DNA of 64,000 nt from Podarcis filfolensis (lineage: Eukaryota), in assembly GCA_964270895.1 (NCBI GenBank), contig OZ185440.1. One strand, given 5' to 3'. How positions within the stretch are numbered: position 1 is the first letter of the stretch; each line of letters starts with the position of its first letter. A program made the position numbers and the translations under genes. The notes below the pieces were generated by a model. It did not search any database and was not told where the DNA came from. It saw only the letters and a program-made list of their open reading frames with translations. Of the stretch, positions 1-12,383 are shown in pieces.

Positions 1-663
1 CATGGCAATGAGAATAAGAATGAAGCTGAATTGGGACTGATAGGTTTGGCTTTCTCAGCCAGTAAGTGTAGATGGCATCATCATAGTGGGTGCAAGCTGC
101 TTTGGACTGTGAACTGGATCTAAACTAAATTCCAAGCTAATGTGAAACCAGGTGACTTAGAAAAGAAGAGTCTTACCTGTTTTGGGCTTCCTCATTGTAG
201 TCTTAGCCCATTTTTGTGGAAATCAGAGCCTGGATATCACCCTTCTGCCACTGAGCAATGTGTACAGGAAAGGGCAACAGTCACAGATGTTTCTGCTTAG
301 AGATCCCAAGGTGCACAATAAGGAGTGCTCACAAATAACTGTGGGGTCAGAGCTCCAAAAGGCAGGCTCTGATCTTTCAAACAGCCTGAGACTAATGCAT
401 GATGTTTCTTGTTGTAGCCAGCAATGATGGTGTATGCAGGTACAGTCCCATGAAAGGATGTGTTATACAGATCTGTACAGGTCCTTCTGAGTATGGTTGG
501 TGTGAGACCTTTCAGGTTATGGTGTTTCACAGGACAGTCACTTCTGCTGAGAATCCAACATTGGCTATGACTTACAGTTTTATCGTCCAATTCTATGCAT
601 GTTTACTCACAAGTAAAAGTCACCATTGCCCAAGTAAGTGTGCCCAGAACTGCAGCCTTAGTA

Positions 664-905
664 CAGTCGTACCTTGGTTCTCGAACGCCTTGGTACTCAG
701 ACGTTGTGGTTCCTGAATGCTGCAAACCCGAAAGTGAGTGTTCCGGTTTGTGAATGTTTTTCGGAAGCTGAACATCTGACGCAGCTTCCAATTGAGTGCA
801 GGAAGCTCCTGCAGCCAATTGGAAGCTGCGCCTTGGTTTTTGAACCATTTCAGGAGTCAAATGGACTCCCAGAACAGATTAAGTTTGACAACCAAGGTAC
901 GACTG
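664..905. mobile_element. Tc1/mariner (Tigger-like) MITE
   Basis: TIRs cagtcgtaccttggtt ... aaccaaggtacgactg, flanked by TA on both sides. Confidence 0.85.
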
Positions 906-928
906 TATCATACAAATGGCTGCAGGGA

Positions 929-959
929 TGTGTGTGTGTGTGCGTGCGCGCATGTGTGT
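929..959. repeat. Imperfect (GT)n microsatellite
   Basis: tgtgtgtgtgtgtgcgtgcgcgcatgtgtgt. Confidence 0.85.
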
Positions 960-2040
960 ATTGCTCTGGATCTTGGAAGGATGCAATTGATATTAAAAGC
1001 ATATATTTATTACAGTGACTAACAAAACAGAGATATTGGGTGGTACCCAGCGAAGTGGTTCTCTTAGTGCAAGGACTTTGGACTGTGCAACAGAACCTCC
1101 CCTCTCTTACTTTCTTTGAGCATCCCCTAAATCTGTTCTGAAGTTTTCTCCACTTCTTTGGAGCAGATTTGGGGAAGAAATGGGGGTGGGGAGGAGGAGG
1201 AGGGAAAGTTCCATTGCCCAAATGGAAATCCTTGCACTAATGGGATTAGTTACTGGATACATTAAATTCATATAGGAAAATGTTTTGGTGATCAGTGACT
1301 ATTTTGCTGCCGAGAAAATGTTTTTCTATAAGAATTTAATATCTCAATCTCTGTAATCCATCCACACACGTAGGCTATCAGAAGGGCATGTTTGTGCAAG
1401 CACTGCTTTAATGGTGGACATTGAGGAAGCAGGGAAGTAATCTGGTTCAGCAGGAGATATGCAAGTGGAATAAGAGGGAAGGGCATAGGGTATCATGACA
1501 ATGAGATGGGAATGCTAGAGGCCATGCAAATGGCAAGTTCATGCAATGCCACTTTCCAAACAGACAATGTGCATGGGGATTGAGCGGGGAATGAAGTCCA
1601 CACTCACACCAGACTAGAAGGTTGGACATAAGGGGTCGTCGTCCTATTCCGAGCTCCTAAGTCCTGTCTAGAGACCTCTTGTGTTGTCAAAGCAGCCAGT
1701 GATCCGCATCTCAATTCCACAAGAACAGGGAAGCAACATTGTTCCCAACAAATGCCCTTGCGCACAGGGGTTGCTGGGCAATGTGGCTCATGCTCAGCTG
1801 TGCACCCAGCGGTAGCCAGGCAGCCCAGAAAGACAGCCATTTCTCAGCAGGGCAATCTGTGCCAATGCCCAGTTTTTAGGCTGAAATGCAGTCATATACC
1901 AGGAGCTTAATGAGCAGAGAACCTTAGAGTCCAACTATATAACCCAAGAGTAAAAGTGGGTCCACTATCAAGTAACTTCGACCATCCACATGTTCCTCTT
2001 TTCCCAGCAAGCAGGGTGCTTTTGAGGGTCCAGCTTAGTT

Positions 2041-2386
2041 GTAAAGGTAAAGGGACCCCTGACCATTAGGTCCAGTCGTGACTGACTCTGGGGTTGCGGC
2101 GCTCATCTCGCTTTATTGGCCAAGAGTGTACAGCTTCTGGGTCATGTGGCCAGCATGACTAAGCCACTTCTGGCGAACCAGAGCAGAGCATGGAAACGCT
2201 GTTTACCTTCCCGCCGGAGTGGTACCTATTTATCTACTTGCACTTTGACGCGCTTTCGAACTGCTAGGTTGGCAGGAGCAGGGACCGAGCAACGGGAGCT
2301 CACCCTGTCACGTGGATTCGAACCGCGACCTTCTGATCGGCAAGTCCCAGGCTCTGTGGTTTTACCCACAACACCACCCACGTCCC
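2041..2386 (-). mobile_element. Sauria SINE (Squam1-type), near full length, in AMPD1 intron 2
   Basis: Minus strand reads gggacgtgggtggtgttgtggg (tRNA-like head) ... ggggtccctttaccttta (tail); closely similar to copies at 6.6 kb and 13.9 kb. Confidence 0.92.
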
Positions 2387-2744
2387 TGCCTTTAGTTGGT
2401 GCCCAGGTAAAAGACTTGGTGGAGGGAACTGGGCTCCAGCGTTCCTTTCTAGTATTGCAACTCAAAGGAAGGTATCTGAGCTCCTTGAAAAGGCAGGTTT
2501 AATGAAGGGCTGAATCATCCAGACTCACGAGGAAAGCACACCCCATGCAGGTCCCGTTATGACTCCCTTCCTTCCTCCAAGCCCCATACAAGCTTTCTTC
2601 CCCACCCCAGATGCATCAATAGCTCCTGGCAATGACTGCTGAGAAACGGACAGTCGCTGAGTTGCTGTGATCATTTGTCTTTTGGATATGATCAACTGCT
2701 TAACAAAGCAGCAGGCGGCACAAGGAAGGCCGAGTTATACTCAC

Positions 2745-2756
2745 GTTTCTCCTCTG
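2745..2756 (-). CDS. AMPD1: AMP deaminase 1, 12-nt microexon 2 (A-E-E-K)
   Basis: ctctcaaacag|CAGAGGAGAAAC|gtgagt; phase 1-1, in frame with exon 1, giving MPKVKVPAEEK; matches the known 12-nt mammalian AMPD1 mini-exon (AEEKQ) and the syntenic position. Confidence 0.88.
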
Positions 2757-4967
2757 CTGTTTGAGAGTGAAATAAAATAAATGTAATCAGATCACAGGAT
2801 GTAGCACCTGAAGTTTTTTTTAACCTTGTTCACATTTATATACAGAAATGAACATTTTTAATGAGCAAATGTTTGCAGAAATATATACTCTACATACCAT
2901 AGTAGTTTAACAGCTCTACAATGGGAAAGAAGAACGGTTAAGAAAGCAATTGGAGACAACTTGCCCAGACATCCTGATATGACGGACGCAGTCTTTTAAA
3001 TTCTATCTCAGAACCTGGGATTGGCACCACCAATATCCCTTTCCTTGCATTTGTTTGGATACAAGTGGGCATATGGAAGGGGCTTGTGAGGGCCTGAACT
3101 CAATGACTCCATGTATTCAAAAAATACTGTTTTCACAGACTCTGTGCTTGTACATCTGAAGGTATATAGTTTCTTGTATGCATGATTTGGAACATTTGCC
3201 TACAAATGTACTACTCTCTTTGCAAATGGTAACTCTGAACAGTGAACATATGGTGGTCTGGGGCATGGCTCTGATTACCACCTTCCATATATGCCAAAGT
3301 AATAATATGAAAAGATAATCCTTTAGTCCAGTAGTTTCCACACACAAATATTCTAAAACCTAAAACCTAGTATGTAGTACTTCTTAGAACAGTTGTTTGG
3401 TAAGGAGAAAATCAGCCTAGACTAGATTTTGTTCCTCTGCTTTCCCCCAGGGAAAACCACTCATTAGCGCTCAATCAGAGCAAACAGCAATTCAGGTTTT
3501 CTCCAGATTGACATTTGCTCCAATTTAGCACTAGAGAGTGTGTTTTCCCTGGGGCTGGAGCGAGGCAAGAGGAAAACCGTTCAGATCCATGCCTACAAAT
3601 CACGGGTCAAGCAGAAGTGTGTACGACCCCTTAGCTGGAGTGTTTCCAAGCATGGAAGATACCACTGTATCTGAAGGGGGTGCAGACTGACAGTTTTTTT
3701 TAAAAAGTTAGTGTGATATATCAGTTGAAAGTGCAACACAAAAATGTGGTCCAGGTCTTCTTAGTAGGCACCTGTGGGCATTATTTAGCATTTCTACCAT
3801 TACAAAGCACAGGTCCATCAATGCTCTTCATTCTCCCCTGACAATTTATTAGCATGTCTACCAGTAGGATTCATCTTCTCAGCTCGCTTGCTCAAAGGAA
3901 GTAAAAGGATACAGCAGCAAAACTTCCTATACTTCACCTTTTAAAAAAACATGCAAAGTACAAACTGGAACCAAGGTCTGTGTGTTGAATATAACTGTCA
4001 TACTCAAAGGGAAACTATTGCACCATTCGCGTTCTGTCAAATGAAATCAACAGACCTGAGGCTACCTGTTCATGTGGCATGGACATTGTAGGAATATCTA
4101 TGAGCTGTGGATATTTATCATTTTTATTTAAAAGGGAAGCATCTTTGTACTCTAATATGGTGGGGGGGGGAGAGAACAGAACCCTTTGATAACAACTTGA
4201 AATATTGGACAAAGAGAAAAGCGACAAAACACTTTTTAAATCCATTTTGTTTGCTGTAAGAAATGTTCCTTTAGGAGCATAACAAAATAAGAGCAAGTTG
4301 AAAGGATTATTTATGTAATTTTTAAGCTTATCAAAGGCTTAGATTTAATATGTGGATAGTTGCTGCTGCTGCTGCTTCAAAAAATGCAATAAATCTAATC
4401 AGTTTTGTTATAGTTTCCTTGGACCATGTTGCTATTCTGCTAGTAACAGCACAGAACCACAGAGTTGGAAGGCAACATGTTCCCAGGAGGGTTTATTCAG
4501 CCGACAGAGAGAAGCTAAATCCAGCCCCCCTTTGGCTACTAGCCTGGTGCATGTCTTAATTACCTTGCTGCTAATGATAAGCCATTAAAGGTTACTGAAA
4601 ACCCTTCAATTTCTCTTTTATCTGGCAAACACCAATGTCTAGGGGGTGCTCCTGTATAAGTTTATCCAACGTCTGATAATTTTTTAACACAGCAAAACTG
4701 GGTTCTACTGAATCGACTGGTCTCATCCAATTTCAGTTCTGTGGCCTAAAAGCCACTTGCCTGACCGTCTATTCAAACTACTCATATTGGAAAAGCTAAT
4801 GGCTCAAGCTCTCACTCCTTCCACCTCCTGTGCCCTGCACAACTTAAATAGGCAATCAGAGCTGCTTTGTGAATCTATTCTTGAGAGTCTGGCTACTGGC
4901 ACCGGCCTCATCATAAAAGAAGGCTTTCTCCCAACTTGCCTAAGGCTATGTGGGAATTCAGACCTAC

Positions 4968-4989
4968 CTGGAACTTTCACCTTCGGCAT
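4968..4989 (-). CDS. AMPD1: AMP deaminase 1, exon 1 coding part (MPKVKVP, 22 nt); exon 3 onward lies outside the window
   Basis: ATGCCGAAGGTGAAAGTTCCAG|gtagg; 22 coding nt as in mammalian exon 1; syntenic downstream of NRAS. Confidence 0.85.
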
Positions 4990-5081
4990 TTTCCCTACTA
5001 CCTCAGGAGAGTCCTGAGAAACCAAGTGTGGCGTGGACGAGTGGAAGAACGAAACTGCACAACCACCCAACACTCATTTTA

Positions 5082-5190
5082 CTATTTATCTCTGCTCTTG
5101 TAACCCAACTCTCCTCATCTAAAAGGAGTGAAGGAATACGCAGCAGACTATTTAAAGCTGCAGCCAGGCAAAGTCTCAGTTGTTAACAGG
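5082..5190 (-). promoter_or_regulatory. AMPD1: AMPD1 muscle promoter: TATA-like GATAAATAG (5082-5090), MEF2-like CTATTTAAAG (5148-5157), E-box CAGGTG (about 5186)
   Basis: Motifs lie about 95-200 bp upstream of the ATG; the mammalian AMPD1 promoter is known to use a MEF2-like element. Motif-level evidence only. Confidence 0.55.
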
Positions 5191-6586
5191 TGAAGCTACA
5201 GGCTTGGGGGTTAACTCTGTTTGTCCCGAGATGTATGGACAGTAAATTTGGGAGCTCTGCTCCACCCACCACAAATGAGAGAATGTTGCCAGGATCATGG
5301 CCAGGACTGGGTGCTTTTGAGTTGGTCACAGGTGGCCCCTATCACTGACTCATGAATGGAGACCAGATTAGCACAACTATTTGTACTGAATAAATAAGTA
5401 CTGACTTTGCACCACAATCCTTTGGGATATGTTCAACACTGGAACTTTTCTGCAGCATCCTTTCAAGCAGTTTTTTGCCTCTTCAAAATCTGTATCCATC
5501 CAGGCTAGCAGTGGGTACTCTGCTCCCTTAGAGCAAGATTGCATGGCAAAACTAAGAAATATTGAATCCACCAATACATACCAAATATGTTTAGTGCTTT
5601 TTTGAAATGTTATTGTATGGCCTTATATGGCTCCAATCCTTCCTGAGAATGGATGCTCAGGTTTCTGTGGTGAACAGGGGTACATTTATTTCATTTACCC
5701 CCCTGCTGAACCTACCCCTGTTTTATGATGTTACATTATTTAATGTTATTGTATTTTATAACTAACTTCAATTAGTATTAGTCATCCTAAGGGCTAGAAT
5801 GGTGGGATATAAAATCAAATTTTAAAGCAAGGATAGCACAAGAAATGAATATTATGACTACCGAAACAGGGCCAAGTATTTGAGCGGCCTTCCTAAAACG
5901 CTGCTTTGCTTCTGATGTACAACCATGACAACTATTTCCAGTCACCAATGTCTTCTGACCAGGCGCTCCAAATTCCTTATCCCCCATCAATATAACCAAA
6001 CCTTACAGCCAAGCCCAATGGCTCACTCTTTTGAATGTGCAAACTATCTGCCCTCTATGGCTATCTATAAAGAGTGCATTTGCTTCTAATCTTTCTGCAC
6101 TGAATGTCAACGGCATTAAATTTGCATCTGAAACCATGAATGACCTTCAGGCTCTACAGTCTTGTTAATTCTCTTTTGAGTTCTTGCGCCTTCTTTTATC
6201 CAGAATATCAAATTAACTAGCTAAGCTTCCTTGGGGTCACAAGGAAAAGAGTGAACAGAGAATGTGAGGATATGAGCAGAGCAGATAGACCCTTGTGCTC
6301 CATGATGGCTGTGTCCCATTGGCAGGCCTTTATTAAAAGTACATTTTCCGCCTTGGCTGAGAGGTTTCACTGCCTAACTTCTCCTGGCATCCATGTGTAT
6401 GCAAAAATCCAATAGTTTCAAGACCAAGATTCTTAACCCAAGCAGTTTAGGCTTCTGCTCTTTTCACGTATGATACCAAGATGTGGCAGGCTTTTTGACA
6501 TTAGACATTCAGGCTGAAGCTGCTTTTGATGCACAGAACTAGGGTGCTGCTGAGACCAATGTGTATATAACATTCTGAAACAAGGT

Positions 6587-6971
6587 AAGGTAAAAGGTAA
6601 AGGATCCCTGGATCGTAAAGTGCAGTCAAAGGCGACTATGGGGTTGCGGCACTCATCTCACTTCAGGCCAACGGAGCCGGCATTTGTCTGCAGACAGCTT
6701 TCTGAGTCATGTGGCCAGCATGACTAAACCACTTCTGGTGCAACGGGACACCGTGGCGGAAACCAGAGCACATGGAAACGCTGTTTACTTTCCCCGCCAC
6801 AATGGTACCTATTTATCTACTTGCACTAGTATGCTTTCGAACTGCTAGGTTGGCAGGAGCTGAGACAGAGCAATGGGAGCTCACCCCATTGTGGGGATTC
6901 AAACCGCTGACTTTCTAATCGGCAAGCCCAAGAAGATCAGTGGTTTTAGACCACAGCGCCACCCACGTCCT
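6587..6971 (-). mobile_element. Sauria SINE with 12-bp target-site duplication
   Basis: TSD ctgaaacaaggt at 6575-6586 and 6975-6986; tail (taaagg)n; head ggacgtgggtggcgctgtgg. Confidence 0.92.
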
Positions 6972-7112
6972 GTGCTGAAACAAGGTGGCAGCTGAGGACA
7001 TGTCAGCTCAGGTACATGTAGGGAAAGGCTTCATACTTTACACTAGGAAAAAGAAAGTGGGAAGCAAAGGAATGGGAGAAGTGTGCTGCACAGACATTTC
7101 CCCAGTGCAATA

Positions 7113-7175
7113 GTAATTCCTGCATTGCAGGGAGTGGACTAGATGATGCTCACAGTCACTTCCAACTCTACAATC
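7113..7175 (+). mobile_element. CR1 LINE 3'-end fragment
   Basis: ggactagatgatgctcacagtcacttccaactctacaatc resembles the CR1 3' terminus. Confidence 0.55.
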
Positions 7176-8492
7176 AGGGTTCAAATGTAAGGTCTCACTC
7201 TTGGCGGCACAACTTCATTTTAATTCAGATATTGCCATGAGTGCTCTGTCTGTGGTTCTAATTCATAAAAACAAATTGTGACCTCTAGAAGAAGTATGGG
7301 AAATGCTGTTTCTGTTTGTACACTCGCACAAATAGTCCACACATCCCAGACTAGCTCTTACTACTCTTTCTTGAAGCAACAGCCCTTTTCCAAGTCACAC
7401 TTGCATGTGGTCATATCAGATAACTAAGGGATTGAATTTCCTCTGCGTGGCAAGCATTGAAAGCCACCAGCCAGCTCCAGTATTTAGGGAGAAGTAAACA
7501 TACGTAGATTCTGATTGCTCCTTTCTGATAATTTATACCAGGGTAACACACCTGCAGAAGCTTTAAAGGAGGACTGAGAACTGCTTTTGATAGGTTGTTT
7601 TTGACTATGTCATCCCAGAGCATTGGCCATGCTGGCTGAGGCAAGTTCAACAACGTCTGGAGTGCCACAGGTTTCCCACTCCTACTTTAGAGGAAAGGGA
7701 TGGGCTCTTATAGTTACCAAAAACGACAACACAAAAAACCCTCTGCCCATTTAGTGTACCAATTCAACAGTACAGTTCTGTAATTGTTCTACCCAGCCAC
7801 TATGATTCAAAGAAAGCCTGTAGGACATGTCCTGCATAACGTTTTCCTGATTAGTGTTTCTCCTTCAAATGAGCTTCTTTACACTGCTTATAAAGAACCA
7901 AACTTCTCCAACAGAGAGGTAAAACAATGTTCTCATGAAAACCTTTCTGGCTTTGTTGCTTATCATTTTGCAGTACCCACCAAAGTGCATCTTTGCTTTC
8001 CCCTTGAGCTCCTGTGAGAGGAGCTTGCAAATCCCAGAAAATGTGTCAACATGGCAAGCGAGTCTAGGAATTAAAGGTCTCAATGTCCTGGGCACCAAGA
8101 AAAGGGGTGGCAAACATCACTAAAATCTGAAGACTAAGCACCACATAGGTATTACTCACCTAGGAACAGATAATCCACATTTCTGAGCGACCGCTGGCCC
8201 ATGTGCAAAAATGTGACTTCAGGGTAGAAGCAGGCTAGGGTTTGTCATCCATGACAACTAACCCAAAAGAAGTTTTGAATTCACACTGAAGATAAACTGG
8301 ATCCACTGCGGCCCTTTCAAAAGCAGAAAGTGCAAGTGCTTGGCAGAGGTAGGATTATAGGCTCTAAATTCCCAACAATAGAAGTCTTGTTTGCTTATCC
8401 CACTAATCAGACTGTGGTCTGTGGACACAGGAGAAATTGTAGCTTTGTGCTCCCTTAGGAAAAGCGACGCCCCTTAAGGTAAAAGAGAAATC

Positions 8493-8670
8493 ATTCATTT
8501 ATTACATCCCAGCCTTTCCCCAAGTTGCTCTCCTTAAGGACCTCTGGCTTAGCCTCACAAGCCTGTGAAGACTATGCTGAGTAATTGGGCCAAGTAAGCA
8601 TAATGGCTGACTGGGGATTTGAACCCAGATCTCCTCCAGTTTGACATTCTGACCACTACACCATGCAAGC
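8493..8670 (-). mobile_element. Old tRNA-derived CORE-type SINE (Squam3-like)
   Basis: ggggatttgaacccagatctcc ... tctgaccactacaccat is the reverse complement of A/B boxes. Confidence 0.55.
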
Positions 8671-10479
8671 TTTCATATCAGCCTTTACTCAGGAACTTTC
8701 CACCATCACCCATGTATAACTAATGGAGAATCTCTAGTCCAGCTACAAAGTATGATTTAGGAAGGGGAAAACCCTCTAAGCTGAAGAGAGAACAGGAAAC
8801 CTAGAGACTTCTCCCACCAGACTTATCTAAAGCAAGTGGGAGGTGAAGATAAAGACAGATAAGTGTAAATCAATTTCCTTACTGTCAGACAGAGTCTACG
8901 ACACAGCAGCAGGCTTGCTGTGGCTTGATTGAGTATCATAGGGTTCAGACCAGTTCAGATCACTCTGTCATTACTTATAGATTTACACTGACTTTTAAGC
9001 AGGCTCATACTTCTTTGCCACTTAGAAGTTACTACTAGTATCCCAAGGTTGCAAACCGCTTTGAGATTTGTTTCCCCTTTAAAAATATAAAGCAGTATAG
9101 AAATGAAATGGATAATAAGAATTGCGCACACACCAAGGAATAATATTGATGTATTTTAGAATTTTTTTACAAACATTATTTGATTAAAACACAAAATGAG
9201 TGAGAAATGGATTACATAGTAATAGAGTTGACATTAGTCCTTTGGTGACATTCCATGTTTAAATGCTGGGTTCTGATACTTCATTAAAAAGAGAGCCCAT
9301 CCAGTGTTGTGCAATCATAGCTGAAGCATGCCTTGCTTCCTAGCCACACAGACTCTACTGCCCCATATTAATTGTGGTATTCTGCTGTAGGAAATGAGAT
9401 TGCCTGTCAGCAAGAGCAAAACAGTGGCAGAATCAGTTACGTTAGAGACCAATTAAGACAAGACACCTTTTCTACTATCCAAATGGAAGGAAATTGGCAG
9501 AGTGTCACTCCCATAACTCAAGAACATACAAGGGAGCTTTTCTTCAATTAGCTGTAAAATAAGTAGAGAGCTTATTAATGTGCACTTTGCCATTTGCTCA
9601 TGTATATTACTATTATTTCTCGTAGCTTATGACCATCCTGTATTATGCTGGAGAATCTGAAGATGCAAGCACCATTGTGAGCATTTTAAAATTATATTTA
9701 AACACCCCAGAACTCAAATTCATCAGGCAGCAAATAGGCACTTTCTTCCCTTTTTAACTCCATATCTGTGCTTTCTCTAACCATTAATTCAGTCACATGC
9801 GGCAAAACTGGCCACTTACAAAGGCACAGAGCAGAGGCAGGCAATGCTGCTGGGTCCCAATTGTCAGCCCACTAGTCAGGGAAGATGGGAAGATGTAACA
9901 TCTGCAGGGTACCACCCCTGCCCCCGAGCCAGAAGAATTCAAATAGTATTTTTAAAAACAATACTGCAAATACTTTAAAAAATACTGACCACTAGTTTCA
10001 GTTAATCAATTAGGTGTTCATCAGGGCAAATAATAATAATAATAACAACAATAATAATTATTATTCTGAAGGTGGAAGAGTGCTTTATCTCTAGAGAATG
10101 CAAAGTTAGTCTAGTGAAGGAATATCATCTGCAGCAACTGGACTCAGATTAACAATGGGTATGAAACTGGCCAATATCTTCTTCACTGCTGCTTTTTCGC
10201 TGGCTAATATGCAGAAAACTCAGCCAGAAATGACACTTAATCTTCAGGCTTCTGCAGACACAACCTTTACATGGTAAATGCAAGTGGAGGGAGACTTCCT
10301 AAAGTGGTACAAGGACTGCCACTTTTATCTGGCAGTACTCCTATGTTCAACATCCTGAACAGCTACAAGATGAGCAGAAAATCAACAAATACTGCCCCCT
10401 CCATCAATGTACCTGTTACATTTATACATGCCATGCAAAAAGAAAGGGACATAGGAACTCTGGCCGTAAAAACAAAGGA

Positions 10480-12383
10480 AATGGACTTAAACAATGTACC
10501 ACTTTATTGCTTAAGTGATACCAGCCCCTTAAGAAAGGGAGTTCTGTGATGTCTTAAGGCCTAGACCTGATTAACAGTTTACCTAGATGCAAGACATATT
10601 AACACCCTCTCAGAATACTGCACATCTCTGAAACGATACATCATCATCATCATATTAGGCAAGAGAAAAACTATTTTAGGAAATAGGTGTCCACCATCTC
10701 GCTATTTGTGATTGCACAGTGATTTCTCTAACTTAGAGCTTGTACAGTAAAATGGCAACGTAATAAAACCACCAATAAAGGACTTACGGTCCTGTACTCC
10801 ATTTCTACTGCAGTCTGGCCCCCGCTTAGGAAGAATTTATAAATGCAATAACCACAACATCTAGCAACGACATGTATGTATCAAACAACTACAACAGACA
10901 GCACTTTTGTACGAATTTCCATCATATCAAGCAAGAACACTTCGGAATCAAGGCAGTTCACACATTCAGTTGCAAAACAGGAACAAGACATGAGAACCAG
11001 GATCAAATATTATGGCTTTCAAATAAATAGTGGTTATCTAGTCAATCAGCTCTTTTCCCAGCAAATATTCATTTGAACAGAGAATTATGGGGCACATAGG
11101 CTCATGAAAAATCCAGTTCCAAAGTTCGTAAGGCTGAATACACAACAGCAATTTACTTCTTTATCCAAGCAGCATCAAACTGTGTTACTAAATCCCTTTG
11201 TGTTCCCCTTTTGTTCCCCTAGCTCTTTACCTGTAGCTTAACTGCACAGCAGTCACCCGGAAAGAGCTTTCAACGTATATAATCTTGATGAAGTGTGTTT
11301 CCCCCTGGTTCATTTTTCACAGATCAAAAATAAAGAGTCTGTGCCTGACAAAGGTGTTGAACAAATTAAAAAAAGAGAGAGAAGTGCATAGAAAGCTGGG
11401 GCAGTTCAATCTTCTCTACACAGCCCTCACAGAGCCATGATTTATGACCGGCATTGGAGTAAATGTTAGTTTTAATATCCACGGCTGTTAACTGGGCCTG
11501 GTGAGAGGCACCAATGGCTTCCAGCATTGTCAAGGAGAGTTAAATGAAATGTATTTAACACTGGAGGATGGCGAATGACTGCTGGAGTTCCCCACAGGTC
11601 TTAAAGATCAATGTGTATTTCAGTCAAGGGTGTAGAGACGTCCTTGTGCATTACTGGGGAGGTGATATAGCTCAATGGCAGAACACATGCTCTGCATGTA
11701 GAAGGTTCCACATTCAATCCCCTGAAAGTCCTATTAAGAAGGATCAGTGAACAGAGCAGGGAAGGAGGACACTGGAGACCCACTGCAGGTCAAGAGCAGG
11801 CAGACCAAGGGTCTGAGGCAGGTTCAGGTGCTCAAGATGGGACAGCTAGGAACTTTGCAGGGTAAGTTTAAGGCCTGTCCTGCCTTTGCAAATAGGCACT
11901 TGGTTATTCAAGATCTCTTACTAGAAAGAAAGCCAAGGGCTAGAGGTCAAAATAAGTGCAATAAGTTGGTGTGCTATAGAAATATTTTAGATATACAGTG
12001 CAGGGGCATGCTGCTAGCATTTCCCTGTCCAAAAATGGTGGAGAGAGTCAGGCTTTTCAGTACAGTGTGATCACAATTTTCTCCAGCTTTCCTTCCAGAA
12101 ACAGGTATATGGTCCTTTCAAAGTATTCGGCCTCTGCAGTTTCACACACCAGTTCCTCTGTTTGAACCTATCCAAGAAAGAGAGGGTGGGGGTGGGGAAA
12201 TCCCACCACCAACAGAGGAGACTTTCTTTGCTTGCTCAGCTGAGCAAAGAGGTAGATGTTCAGAGACATTCTCTTCAGGTGCCGGCAGAAAAGAATTAGA
12301 ACTGGCACCAGGGTACTGGTGAAATGCAACAGTGGACTTAAGATTCACCCTCTAGCTGCACTTTGGCCAGATGTTTTTGACAG
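10480..12383 (-). other. NRAS: NRAS terminal non-coding exon / 3'UTR (3' end uncertain; candidate AATAAA at 10503-10508)
   Basis: Acceptor tctctttgtttcag| at 12384-12386; contains a let-7 seed match in human-like context. Confidence 0.55.
11657..11826 (+). mobile_element. Degenerate tRNA-derived SINE (Squam2-like), probably in the NRAS 3'UTR
   Basis: atagctcaatggcagaacacatgctctgcatgtagaaggttccacattcaatcccc A/B-box head. Confidence 0.6.

Noticed and set aside
1-110. Minus-strand GATGATGCCATC...GCTGAGAAAG resembling AMPD1 exon 3 (DDAM..FAEK)
   Set aside because: The spacing is out of frame and there is no acceptor; exon 3 is expected beyond the window's left edge
2116-2502. 128-aa ORF with a similar ORF at 13756-14109
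   Set aside because: Both are translations of the same Sauria SINE sequence, not a gene family
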